Positions 41,388 to 52,006 are shown, counted from the stretch's first letter. The stretch is 64,000 nt of DNA from an uncultured Candidatus Rokubacteria bacterium (GCA_963762145.1 CAVXJS010000022.1:96001-160000); one strand, 5' to 3'. Program-made: numbers and translations. The notes: generated by a model from the sequence alone, not told the origin.

Positions 41388-41620
41388 ATGCGAGGGCTCG
41401 GCAGCGTCTATCAGCGTGGAGAAGTCTGGTGGGTGGTGCGGCTTCTGCGACACCGGCTGGCTGGCCTTAACCTTCGAGGACCTTGCGGCCCATTGCATCC
41501 AGGACCGCGAAGACGCGGCACCACGGGAGCATGCCTCCACTGGTCCAAGAGTCGCGTGGCGAACCTCAAGAGCTTCTTCGGAGGCGTGCGGGCCGCAGAA
41601 ATCACGACTCACCGAATGCG
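41388..41620 (+). pseudogene. tyrosine integrase N-terminal remnant
   Basis: MRGLGSVYQRGEVWW, LTFEDLA and LKSFFGGVRAAEITT in shifting frames. Confidence 0.6.
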
Positions 41621-41803
41621 GACACCCGAGACGAGTCAATGTGTCTCTCAAGGTAGACATGCTTGCCTGAAGGCCTACAAGAAGTCCTAGCGGACTCCCG
41701 CAGCGCGGGTGTAAGTTCACCCCCGCTTGGCCGTCCTCCGCCCGGTCCCTAACGCTCCGGGAAGGGAGGTTCATCGGGGTGCTCGATTCGGGAGATCGGT
41801 GGG

Positions 41804-43140
41804 ATGGGTCAACAGAGGCCGGATGCGGTCATAAGGGGAGTTCCGTACAGAGGCGGTTTCGTTCTCTGCCTCCTCATCGTGACGCTCGGCTGTGCGTCGC
41901 CGAAGCGACCACCCGATAACCGCCCGATAGTGACCGGGCCATCCCCAGGCCCAGTCGTTGGCCAGTTCGCCTCGTTTTGCCTCGGGCGGCCCTGACGCCC
42001 AAGAAGTACGGTGCGAACGAGGGCTATCCGGTCAAGGCAATCTCTCGACTCCCGTTCTTCGTCGGCACGTTCAGCCACTACGACGAACTGCTGGAGGGTC
42101 GGACGATCCGCCGGGCCGCCTCGCCTTCACGGCTGCTTCGTGCGCCCAGCGAGCCCGCCCTGCGTTACGAGTACCAGACCGAGACCCGCTCGCTCGACGA
42201 CTACCTTGCGCGTAACCCGGCCACCGGACTCCTGATCGCGCGTGGTGACACCATCCTCGTCGAGCGCTATCAGTATGCGCGGACGGATCGGCATCGCTTC
42301 GCGTCGTTTTCGATGGCCAAGACGGTCACGGCCATGCTGGTCGGGCTCGCGATCGCTGAGAACCTCATCCGTTCGGTAGACGATCCGGCCGGGTCCTACG
42401 TGCCCGCGCTCGCTGACACCGAGTACGGCCGCACGTCGCTCCGGCACCTGTTGCAGATGTCCTCGGGCGTCCGCTTTCGCGAGAACTATTCCGGTCAAGA
42501 CGATGTCGCGCGGCTGTTCGCCGCGACGGTGCTCCAGGACGGCCCGGGCGGCGTGGAGGCCGTGAAGCCGTACAACGAACGTGTCCGCTGGAGCGGCGCC
42601 CTGTTCTCCTACGCATCCGTCGAAACCCAGGTGCTTGGTCTGGTCCTTCGAAGCGTGGTCGGGAGGCCGGTGGCCGAGTACTTTCGGGATAGGATCTGGG
42701 AGCCAATAGGGGCCGAAGCAGACGCTACCTGGATTATCGACGCCTCGGGGCAGGAGGCAACCTACTGCTGTCTCAACGCGGTGCTGCGCGACTACGCGCG
42801 GCTCGGTTTGCTGCTCGCGCACGACGGTCGGCTCGGCGACCGACAGATCATCCCGAAGGAGTGGTTGTACGCGGCTACGACCATCGCCCCGAACGACTGG
42901 CACCTCAGGAGAGTATGGGACCGCACCGGCTTCGGCTATGGCTATCAGACCTGGATCTTTCCCGGCGAGCGTCGAATGTTCGCCCTGATCGGCGTGCATG
43001 GCCAGGCCATCTACGTCGATCCGGCGAGCCGCCTCGTCATGGTTCACACGGCTGTGCGCGAGCAAGCCGATGATCCCAACGAAGAGACCATCGCGCTGTG
43101 GCGACGCGTCGTGGGCGTTGTGGGGGCGAGACCTCAGTGA
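41804..43140 (+). CDS. serine hydrolase (beta-lactamase class C-like) lipoprotein, frameshift near 41980
   Basis: TLGC lipobox; SFSMAK (SxxK), FSYAS, RDYARLG, YGYQTW, GVHGQ. Confidence 0.85.
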
Positions 43141-43189
43141 GGCGAAAGCGCCTGCGTCCTTTTCCCGAAGGGGCGAACAAACCGGAAGC

Positions 43190-43442
43190 TGGAGGTCTGA
43201 TGTCCTATGGGGCCATGTGCCCTCGTGGACAAGATCCTCAGGTCCCAAGCCCGGCGACCTCCCCATCGAGCACCCCAGCAACTTCGAGCTGGTCATCAAC
43301 ATCAAGACCGCCAAGGCCCTCGGCCTCACGATCCCGCCGTCGCTCCTGCCGCGGGCGGATCAGGTGATCGAGTGTGGACCGGCGTTCATAGGGGCTCTGA
43401 CTGGCGGCCTCCTCGCCGCGCCGCTCGCGGCCGAGGCGCAGA
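43190..43442 (+). pseudogene. SBP C-terminal remnant joined to the leader remnant of a second SBP
   Basis: GGLMSYG...[27 protein letters not shown]...RADQVIE, then [20 protein letters not shown]. Confidence 0.8.
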
Positions 43443-43723
43443 GCGGCTACAAGTCCGAGTTCAAGATGTCCATCGTCGCTGACCTAGCGCGGTGCCCTCG
43501 TCCCAACCGGGTGCTACGGGCGCGCCCGGCATGCACGCCCGAAGGTGGACGGGTCGCCCGCTTGTGGCCGCCTCTTCGGGCTACGTCGAAGTGTCAAATC
43601 CATAACACGTGCAGATTTTTCAGATGCGGAACTACGCGCCGCCCTCGTTTCACCTCGGTAACTACCTCCCGCGCCCTACGCCTCGCCCCGCGCAATTGCT
43701 TGAGAAGTCACACTGGAGCCAAC

Positions 43724-43739
43724 TGGAATGCGGCTTGCT
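43724..43739 (+). promoter_or_regulatory. sigma54 -24/-12 promoter
   Basis: TGGAATGCGGCTTGCT, nearly identical to 26438. Confidence 0.65.
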
Positions 43740-43752
43740 CCGTTGAGAAGTC

Positions 43753-43911
43753 ATGGACATCGTGCAACTGGCCCTCGTGCTTGGCCCACTACTCGGGGCT
43801 GCGGTCGGCTATCTTATTGACGGCATAACCGGCGCGACGTCGGGCTTCGTGATCCCGATCGGGCCGCTGGTCGTGGCGTGGCTCGTAGGGGGCGCTGACC
43901 ATGCGCTATGA
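43753..43911 (+). CDS. small membrane protein, paralog of 26466
   Basis: [44 protein letters not shown]. Confidence 0.55.
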   Translation: MDIVQLALVLGPLLGAAVGYLIDGITGATSGFVIPIGPLVVAWLVGGADHAL

Positions 43912-44180
43912 CCGCTACGGCAGAAACGATCGTCCAAGTCCTCGGGCCAGGCGCGAAGAACGTGTTCGTCCCCAGCGCGTGAGGGTGGCGAGGCCGCTCA
44001 AACGCATTCTGGTGAGGTTCGATCGTGCGAGTCGTTGAAGCATTGACGCTGTTGCTAGTGGCGACGGTCCTCTTCATGTGGGTTATCTTCGCGCACCCGA
44101 CCCAAGAGGAAAGGGCCCGCCTGCATGATTCGATGGGCCAGAGCACGGGCATTATGTGGCGCTAGCTCGAATCGGAGGCG

Positions 44181-44597
44181 CTAAATCCCCTCGCGCTGGA
44201 GTAGGAAGACCCCGATGGCGATGAGGCCGATGGCGAATAGCTTCATCCACGTGAACGGCTCCTTCAAGACCATGAACCCGACCAGCAACACAAGCGCCGT
44301 GGACGTACCTCCGATCACGAACGTTGACGTCACCTTCAAGCCGCTGGAGTACGCCGACAACGTGAACAAGTCAGCGCAGGCTGCGGCCAGCCCTACCACG
44401 ATGACGAAGTACAGGCTGCTCTGCTTCGTCAGGCTGACGGGAGCGCCACTCGCCTTCAGCGTGACCGTCAACGCCAGGTTCGCGAGGAACGCTACGCCAG
44501 TGCGGGGTGAATGCCGGGAGATGCCAGCTTGAGGAAGATCGAGTACGTGGCCATCGCGAAATCCCGCGAGGAACGCGAACGTCAGATCGTGCGCCAT
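44181..44597 (-). CDS. EamA/DMT-family small transporter (indels near the 5' end)
   Basis: Hydrophobic helices; VLKEPFTWMKLFAIGLIAIGVFLL. Confidence 0.7.
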   Translation of the reverse strand: MAHDLTFAFLAGFRDGHVLDLPQAGISRHSPRTGVAFLANLALTVTLKASGAPVSLTKQSSLYFVIVVGLAAACADLFTLSAYSSGLKVTSTFVIGGTSTALVLLVGFMVLKEPFTWMKLFAIGLIAIGVFLLQREGI

Positions 44598-44808
44598 AAT
44601 GGGCAGTACGGTAGCATGCGGCTAGCTCGCCTCCCCTCAACCACGATCAGCCGCAGCGGCCGTCAGCGTCCGGCACCGGAATGCCCTCGACACGATGGCC
44701 GCACCATTCGACAAGTGCTCCAGGGTTGGGTTAGCAAGTTGTACCGACAAGTAGTAGTTTTCAATAGGTAACCATCGTAATGGGGTGGCAGGTCGCGCGG
44801 CACATTAG

Positions 44809-45276
44809 ATGCATGGTCTACTCGCCATCATGAAAACAAAGACTCAACCCGGTGAACGCGTGACCACCGTGGTCGTCGTGGACGACGACCCTGATTACCT
44901 CTGGGTCGTCCGCTTCATCCTGGAATCGGGGCCGGACCAGACAGTCATCGTGGGTGAGGCTGGAAGCGGCGAGGAGGCCCTCGGGTTGGTGCTACACAAA
45001 CACCCCGACATCGTCATCGTTGACTTGATGATGCCTCGCCTCAACGGTCTGGAGTTGACGAGGCGCATCAAGCAGGAACGGCCTCAGACGAAGATCCTCC
45101 TGATGAGCGCTTACACCGAGGATACGTATCGGCGCATCGCCTCCGTGAGTGGCGCTGACGGGTTCGTAAACAAGAACCTGATTCAAACCGCTCTAGGCCC
45201 TGCGATCCGCGAGATCATGGTCCAGCCGCCGTCGACCTTGCCTGAACCTCCGCCGTCCTCTTCTCAACCCGCCTGA
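44809..45276 (+). CDS. single-domain response regulator
   Basis: VVVVDDD, PDIVIVDLMMP, LLMS, GADGFVNK. Confidence 0.88.
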   Translation: MHGLLAIMKTKTQPGERVTTVVVVDDDPDYLWVVRFILESGPDQTVIVGEAGSGEEALGLVLHKHPDIVIVDLMMPRLNGLELTRRIKQERPQTKILLMSAYTEDTYRRIASVSGADGFVNKNLIQTALGPAIREIMVQPPSTLPEPPPSSSQPA

Positions 45277-45368
45277 TCTGCCATTCGTTTGTGGGTGCTG
45301 GCATGCGGAGATGATGGCGCGGTCGCGGGAAGCTTGCGGAACCGGGACTCTGGCGGGCGTTGTAAGAA

Positions 45369-45445
45369 TGGTCGGGGTGAGAGGATTTGAACCTCCGACT
45401 CCCTGCTCCCAAAGCAGGTGCGCTACCGGGCTGCGCCACACCCCG
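45369..45445 (-). tRNA. tRNA-Pro(UGG)
   Basis: CGGGGTGTGGCGCAGCCCGGTAGCGCACCTGC-TT-TGG-GA-GCAGGGAGTCGGAGGTTCAAATCCTCTCACCCCGACCA. Confidence 0.97.
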
Positions 45446-45468
45446 ATTCCGACCGCGCCAGCAGTATA

Positions 45469-46070
45469 TCAACCCGTCCAGCGCTGGAGTAGCGCGCGCG
45501 CCTGGGCCATGGCGCGGCCGCGGTGGCTGACGGCGTGCTTGGCCTCGGCGGGAATCTCCGCGAAGGTGGCGTCGAGCGGCGGATAGAAGAAGAGCGGGAT
45601 CGTAGCCGAAGCCGCCCGCGCCCCGCGGCGCGTCCAGCAGCACTCCCTCGACCTCCCCTCCGTCAGTGACCTCGCGGCCGCCGGCGCCGGCAGCGCGATC
45701 AGCGCGCGGTAACGGGCGGTGCGCCGCGCGGGCGGCACGCCCTCGAGGTCGCGGAGCATGCGCGGCATTGCGGCCGGCGTCGTCGAGTCCTCGCCGCCGA
45801 AGCGGGCGGAGAGCACGCCCGGCCGGCCGCCGAAGCGCATCGACCTCGATGCCCGAGTCGTCGGCGAGCGCCAGGAGCCCGGTCGCCGCGGCCGACCGCG
45901 CGCGCCTTGCCCAGGGCGTTGTCGGCGTACGAGGTCTCGCCCTCGGGCGGCAGCGCGACGCCGGGGAAGTCGGCGAGGTCGTGGATGCGGATACGGCACG
46001 TCCGCCAGGAGGGCCGCCATCTCGCGGGCCTTGGCGCGGTTGGCCGTGGCCAGGACCAGCCGCCGGTCAG
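45469..46070 (-). CDS. rdgB: non-canonical purine NTP pyrophosphatase (multiple apparent frameshifts)
   Basis: [51 protein letters not shown]; follows rph. Confidence 0.88.
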
Positions 46071-46812
46071 AGGGTGAAGGTCTTCTCGCCACGCGCCTCG
46101 AGGGCGCGGCGCTGGAGCGCCGACGAGCTGGGCGATGCCGGCGCCGGCGAGCGCCAGCAGCTCGTCGAGGCGCGCCTTGGAGAACGGGGTCTGCTCGGCG
46201 GTGCCCTGCACCTCGACGAAGGCGCCCGCGCCCGGTCATCACCACGTTCATGTCCACCTCGGCGGTGGAGTCCTCCACGTAGTCGAGGTCGAGCACGGGC
46301 CGGCTGCCCACCATGCCCACGCTGATCGCGGCGACGCGTCCCGGATCGGCGAGCCCGGCGAGCGCCCCCGACTTCAGCAGGTGCCGATGGCATCGGCCAG
46401 CGGCCACGAAGGCGCCGGTGATCGCGGCCGTGCGCGTGCCCGCCGTCGGCCTGGATGACGTCGCAGTCCAGCCAGACCGTCCGCTCGCCGAGCTTCGGCC
46501 ATCTCGACCACCGCGCGCAGCGACCGGCCGACGAGGCGCTGGATCTCCTGCGAGCGGCCGCTCGGGCCGCTCCGCTCGCGCGCCGTCCGGGTATTGGTGG
46601 AGCGCGGCAGCATGCCGTACTCCGCCGTGACCCAGCCCTTGCCCGCGGCCCTTGAGGAACGGCGGCACCTTCTCCTCGACCGAGGCCGTGCAGAGCACCT
46701 TGGTGTCGCCGAACTAGACGAGCACCGAGCCCTCGGGGTGGCGCAGATAGTCGCGCGATGATCGTGACCGGCCGGAGCTGATCCGGTCGCCGGCCGTCGT
46801 GGCGCGGAATGA
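46067..46812 (-). CDS. rph: ribonuclease PH (multiple apparent frameshifts; start approximate)
   Basis: [68 protein letters not shown]. Confidence 0.92.
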
Positions 46813-46829
46813 GTGGATCGTCGGGTCGG

Positions 46830-48350
46830 CCGCCTTTGGCCGGCAGGGCTGCGCGGTGCGCAGGCGCTGGTCATAGCGGCGCTTGTACTCGGCGAGCCCG
46901 GCGTAGATCGCCCGCGCGACCGACTCGCGGTGCTCCGGCGTGGCCGAGCTTCTTCTCCTCCTTGGGATTGGTGAGAAAGCCGATCTCGATGAGGATGGCG
47001 GGCATGGCCGCGCCGCCCAGCACGTAGAAGCCCGGCCTGCTTGACCCCGCGATTGACCAGGTTGAGGGACTTGCGTCATCGAGTCCAGGACCGTCTCGGC
47101 CATGAAGCTCGACTCCTCCTGGAACTCGGACTGGGCCAGGTCCCAGAGGATGCTCTTGAGCACGTCGCCCCGCTGGCGCGAGCCGGGGCTCTCGAGCTGG
47201 ACCACGCCGTTCTCGATCGCCGCCACCTGCCGCGCGCCGCTGTCGGACGCCTCGGAGGAGAGGAAGTAGGTCTCGACGCCTTCCGACACCGACTGCGGAT
47301 GGGCATTGGCGTGAATGGACACGAAGAGGTCGGCGCGCTGCTTGTTGGCGAAGTTGGTGCGGTCGCGCAGCGGCACGAACACGTCGCTGTCCGGCTCAGC
47401 ACGACCTTCACGCCGAGGCCGGCCTCGACCTTCTTGGCCACGCGGCGCGTCACGTCCAGGACCACTTCCTTCTCCTGAACTCCGGTCGGGCCGACCGCGC
47501 CCGAGTCGTGGCCGCCGTGGCCGGCGTCCATCACGATCAGCCGGAGCGGCTGCATCGTGCCGCGCCCCGGCTCGCCCGCGCCGCTGCTCTCCCGGGGGCG
47601 GTGAATGTCGAGCACGAGCCGGTATGGGATCCTGAAGCACGGTGTGCTTCACCTCGCCCGCGGTGCCCTGGAGCAGCACGCGCAGCACCGCGGTGTCGCC
47701 CACCGGCTCGAGGCGAACCTCCTGCACGAGCCCGTCGTTGATCTCCTCGACCCGGGAGCGGGAGAGCGAGCCAGGCCGGGCAGCCGCACGCGCACCTCTT
47801 CGTCGCCGGTGACCACCGCGTAGGCCAGCTTCCCGCCGGTCTCGATGACGATGCGCGTGAACGAGGGATAGGAGCGGTAGCGCAGCTCCTCGAGCGGCAC
47901 CGCGGCCTGGACCACCTTGGTCGCGGGCTTGCGCGCCGCGGTCGGCAGGGCGAGCGAGACCGAGGGCGCCAGCCTCGGGAGGCCCTTGCCCAGGAAATCA
48001 CGCGAGACGAGCCACTCCCGCCCGTTCACCTGCGGGGGTAGATCGAGGGTGACGGCCTGGCCGTCGACGGTGGTACGCGTGTGGCCGCGGGTGAACTCGG
48101 CCACCCGGGTGCCGACAGTCAGGGTGCCGCGGTCCCCCTTCACCGCCCAGGCGCCCTTGAGCAGCGCGGCCAGGTGGTCGGGGGCGATGTAGGCACTGCC
48201 ATCGTCCATGATCGTGATGGTCAGGAGCCCGCGGCTGACACCCTGGTCACGCACTTCCAGAGATTCCGGACGCGCGGCCTGGGCCGAGCCGAAGACACAG
48301 CCCATCAATCCGAGGACCAGCCAGACGGGCATCGAGAGTCGTCGCATCAT
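46830..48350 (-). CDS. N-acetylmuramoyl-L-alanine amidase (AmiC-like; frameshifted, end approximate)
   Basis: Signal peptide, AMIN-like region, [35 protein letters not shown]. Confidence 0.85.
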
Positions 48351-48435
48351 GATCGCAGGGGGCGTGGCGAGGCCATTCTAGCAACGGAGCGAGGGGGCGG
48401 CGAAGCACCAATTTGTGATAGGCTTCGCCCCCGAG

Positions 48436-50781
48436 ATGGGAGAGTTCGGCATCGGGCAGTCCGTCAAGCGATTCGAGGACGTCCGACTGCTGCGGGGTGA
48501 AGGGCGCTTTCACGCCGACGTGAACCTCCCCGGCCAGGTCCACGCGGTACTGGTGCGCTCTCCCCACGCCCACGCGCGCATCCGCGCGATCGACATCGCC
48601 CCCGCCCTCCGCGCGCCGGGAGTGCTCGCCGTCTATACCGGCGCCGACGTCGCGCGCGACGGCCTCGGCACCATGAGGATGACGCTCAAGCGCACCCGGC
48701 CCGACGGCTCGCCGATGTTCGCGCCGCCGCACCGAGGACTCGCACTGGACCGCGCGCGTCACGTGGGTGACGCGGTGGCGATGGTGGTGGCGGAGACCCG
48801 CGCGCAGGCCGAGGACGCGGCCGACCTGGTGCGCGTGGACTACGAGCCCCTCCCCGCGGTGACCGACACCGCGGCGGCCGCCGAGGCCGGGGCGCCCGCG
48901 GTCTGGGACGAGTGCCCGGACAATGTCTCCAACCTGTACCCGGCGGGCGATGCGGGAGCCACCGACGCCGCCTTTGCGCGCGCCCACCGCGTCGTCCGGC
49001 GCCGCTACGTGATCACCCGCGTCCACGCCCAGTTCATGGAGGCGCGCGGGGCCCTCGGCACCTACGACCCGGGCGAGGATCGCTACACGCTCTACGCCGA
49101 CGTGCAGTACCCGCACCGCGTGCGCAACGCCCTGGCGACGAACATCTTCAAGATCCCGGAGCATCAGATCCGCGTCATCGCTGGGGACGTGGGCGGGGCC
49201 TTCGGGACCAAGGGCTGGCAGTACGTCGAGCACCGCCTCGTGCTGTGGGCCGCGCGCAAGCTCGGCCGGCCGGTCAAGTGGCTCTGCGAGCGGCGGGAGG
49301 CGATCCCGGCCGACGAGCACGCGCGCGACAACGTGACCGAGGCGGAGCTGGCGCTCGACGCGCAGGGACGCTTCCTCGCGCTGCGGGTGCGCACCCTCGC
49401 CAACGTGGGCGCCTACGTGTCGTCCGATCGCAACCTGCTCGCCACGTTCAGCAACGTTGCGACCCTCGTCGGCGTCTACACCTTCCCGGCCGCGCACGTC
49501 GAGGTCCGCTGCATGCTGACCAACACCAACTCCACCGCGCCCTACCGCGGCGCGGGCCGGCCCGAGGCCACCTACGTCATCGAGCGGCTCATCGACGACG
49601 CGGCGCGCGAGCTTGGGGAGGACCGTCTGGCCCTGCGGCGCGCGAACCTCATTCCGGCCGCCGCCATGCCGTACAAGACCGCGCTTGGCGTCACGTACGA
49701 CTGCGGCGAGTTCGAGCAGTCCATGGACGCCGCGCTGAAGCTGGCGGACGTCGCCGGCTTCGCGGCGCGGCGCGAGACCTCGAAGGCGCGCGGCCGTCTG
49801 CGGGGGCTGGCGGTGGTGAACGCGATCGAGCAGGCGGCGGGCCCCCAGCCCGAATTCGCGGAGATTCGCTTCGCGCCGAGCGGCAGCGCGACCGTGTTCA
49901 TGGGCACCAAGAATCAGGGCCAGGGGCACGAGACCACCTTCAAGCAGGTCCTCCACGAGCGGCTCGGGCTCGACCCCGCCGACGTACGCTACATCGACGG
50001 CGACACCGATCGCGTCGGCTTCGGCATGGGCTCGATGGGCTCCCGCTCGACGGTGATCGGGGGCACCGCGCTGTGGGTGGCCGCCGACAAGGTCATCGCC
50101 AAGGGCCGCAAGATCGCCGCGCGCCTGCTGGAGGCCGCGGAGGCGGACATCGGCTTCGGCGACGGGAAGTTCTCGGTGGTGGGCACGGATCGGTCGCTCT
50201 CGCTGAAGGAAGTGGCGCGGGCCGCCTTCCAGCCCGCCCAGCTTCCGCCCGGCCTCGAGCCCGGCTTCTACGAGACGGGGACCTTCTCGCCCAAGCAGGC
50301 CACGTGGCCGAACGGCTGTCACGTGTGCGAGGTCGAGGTGGATCCGGAGACGGGTGACGTGACCCTGGTGCGCTACGCCATCGCCGACGACGTGGGCACC
50401 GTCATCAATCCGTTGACGCTGAAGGGCCAGATCCACGGCGGGGTCGCCCAGGGCGTCGGGCAGGCGCTCATGGAGCAGGTCGTCTACGAGCCGGGCTCCG
50501 GACAGCTGTTGACCGCGTCCTTCATGGAGTACGCGATGCCGCGCGCCGACACGTTCTGCGACATGATCATCGAGAGCCACCCGGTCCCGACCAAGCTCAA
50601 TCCGCTCGGGGCCAAGGGGGCCGGCGAGGCCGGCACGGTCGGCGCGCTCCCCGCGGTCATCAACGCGGTGATGGACGCGCTCGCGCCGCTCGGCGTGCGC
50701 GAGCTCGACATGCCCGCAAGCAGCGACCGCGTGTGGCAGGCGATCCAGGGCGCGCGGGCCGGCGGGGGGCGCCCGGCCTAG
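48436..50781 (+). CDS. xanthine dehydrogenase-family molybdopterin-binding subunit (form II CoxL-like)
   Basis: GQSVKRFED, VRSPHAHA, DVGGAFGTK, PYRGAGRPE, QGQGHET, GQIHGG, GAKGAGEAG. Confidence 0.92.
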   Translation: MGEFGIGQSVKRFEDVRLLRGEGRFHADVNLPGQVHAVLVRSPHAHARIRAIDIAPALRAPGVLAVYTGADVARDGLGTMRMTLKRTRPDGSPMFAPPHRGLALDRARHVGDAVAMVVAETRAQAEDAADLVRVDYEPLPAVTDTAAAAEAGAPAVWDECPDNVSNLYPAGDAGATDAAFARAHRVVRRRYVITRVHAQFMEARGALGTYDPGEDRYTLYADVQYPHRVRNALATNIFKIPEHQIRVIAGDVGGAFGTKGWQYVEHRLVLWAARKLGRPVKWLCERREAIPADEHARDNVTEAELALDAQGRFLALRVRTLANVGAYVSSDRNLLATFSNVATLVGVYTFPAAHVEVRCMLTNTNSTAPYRGAGRPEATYVIERLIDDAARELGEDRLALRRANLIPAAAMPYKTALGVTYDCGEFEQSMDAALKLADVAGFAARRETSKARGRLRGLAVVNAIEQAAGPQPEFAEIRFAPSGSATVFMGTKNQGQGHETTFKQVLHERLGLDPADVRYIDGDTDRVGFGMGSMGSRSTVIGGTALWVAADKVIAKGRKIAARLLEAAEADIGFGDGKFSVVGTDRSLSLKEVARAAFQPAQLPPGLEPGFYETGTFSPKQATWPNGCHVCEVEVDPETGDVTLVRYAIADDVGTVINPLTLKGQIHGGVAQGVGQALMEQVVYEPGSGQLLTASFMEYAMPRADTFCDMIIESHPVPTKLNPLGAKGAGEAGTVGALPAVINAVMDALAPLGVRELDMPASSDRVWQAIQGARAGGGRPA

Positions 50782-51353
50782 AACCGGTACCGGACTCCGA
50801 TCTCCAGTAGGTTGGAGCCGCTGTGAGAGAAGAGTCCGAAGATGCCCGAGCGGTGGTGAATGCGGCCCACCAGGCTCCAGTCGGAGTTCGGCAGCCCGAC
50901 CGCGGCCTCGAGCAGGAGATAGTGCAGCAGGGTCGCGGCTTCGCTGCTGCGGGGATCGCGCTTCTCCAGCGCCGGCACCTCGCTCGTCACCGACAGCCCC
51001 CCGCCGAAGGCCACAGAGGTGTCCAGGTACCGGTCCCACGGAAACGTGATCCAGCGGACGTTGATGGAGCCCACGAACTCCACCATCTTCTGCTCGCCGA
51101 AGTGCTGGAGCATCTGCCCTTCCAGCTCCCAGCGCATGTGCTTGCCCCAGTCCGTGAACTGATACGAGATCGAGAGTCCCGCGGTGTAAGAGTCCTTGAA
51201 GCCATGACCATCGAAGATATCGCGAAACTCTTTCCCCGAGTACAGACCGCCCAGCAGCGTCACCGCCCACTCCTTCTCCTCCGCGAACGCGCCGGTCGCG
51301 GAGGCGAGCGGCAGCAACGCAACCAGGGAGGTGAGCAGGAGCTTCGCGATCAT
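50778..51353 (-). CDS. small outer-membrane beta-barrel (PagL/acyloxyacyl hydrolase-like)
   Basis: Signal peptide, amphipathic strands, RIHHRSG motif, C-terminal GVRYRF. Confidence 0.65.
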   Translation of the reverse strand: MIAKLLLTSLVALLPLASATGAFAEEKEWAVTLLGGLYSGKEFRDIFDGHGFKDSYTAGLSISYQFTDWGKHMRWELEGQMLQHFGEQKMVEFVGSINVRWITFPWDRYLDTSVAFGGGLSVTSEVPALEKRDPRSSEAATLLHYLLLEAAVGLPNSDWSLVGRIHHRSGIFGLFSHSGSNLLEIGVRYRF

Positions 51354-52006
51354 GCGCGAGGCGCGAGGCCGAGCATGACGCAATCGGTGATCGTGTGTGC
51401 CAGCCGCTCCGCCTCCGCGGGGGTGCTCGCGCGGTCCTTCAGCTTGCCGTCGACGAGCAGCGCGGCGAGGCCGTGGACGATGGACCAGGCCGCCACCGCG
51501 AACCCCTCGGGGTCGCCGGCGCGCACCTGCCCCGCCGCCTGGCATTCGGTGATCGCCTGGACGAGCAAGCTGAACGTACGCTCGCCCGCTGCCTTGAGCG
51601 CGGGATGCTCCGCCTTGTCCGGTACCTCGGAGCCGAACATCACGCGCAGGTACGAAGGGTACGCCAGGCCGAAGCGCACGTAGCCGATGCCGAGCGCCCG
51701 GAACCGCTCGGCCGGCTCGGCGTCCCGCGACCATATCTCCATCATCCCCTTGGCCATCTCCTCGAACCCGCGCTCCGCGACCGCGGCCAGCAGCGCCTCG
51801 CGGTCCGCGAAGTGCCAGTAGGGCGCGGCCTCCGACACCCGGGCGCGCCGGGCCACTTCCCGCAGGCTGAAGCCCTGGGGTCCCTTGCGCGCGACGAGGG
51901 CCGCCGCCGCGTTCACCAGCGTGTCGCGCAGGCTCCCGCCCGCCGCGCCGGACCGGGCGCGGCGGGGCGACGACTTCTTCCGGCTTCGGCGCTTGACAGG
52001 CATCAC
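51350..52006 (-). CDS. TetR-family regulator
   Basis: FSLREVARRARVSEAAPYWHFADREALL; WSIVHG C-terminal motif. Confidence 0.92.
   Translation of the reverse strand: MMPVKRRSRKKSSPRRARSGAAGGSLRDTLVNAAAALVARKGPQGFSLREVARRARVSEAAPYWHFADREALLAAVAERGFEEMAKGMMEIWSRDAEPAERFRALGIGYVRFGLAYPSYLRVMFGSEVPDKAEHPALKAAGERTFSLLVQAITECQAAGQVRAGDPEGFAVAAWSIVHGLAALLVDGKLKDRASTPAEAERLAHTITDCVMLGLAPRA

Larger units (their letters stand above)
41250..45414. mobile_element. decayed ~4 kb genomic islet in tRNA-Pro(UGG)
   Basis: tRNA 3'-half duplication with an adjacent integrase remnant. Confidence 0.75.

Noticed and set aside
41977-43140. Antibiotic-resistance beta-lactamase
   Set aside because: The motifs fit the broad esterase/amidase serine-hydrolase family; no evidence for beta-lactam specificity.
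43909-43911. In-frame TGA as a second selenocysteine
   Set aside because: It aligns with Arg (CGG) in the paralog at 26466, not Cys. A nonsense change or natural stop is more likely.
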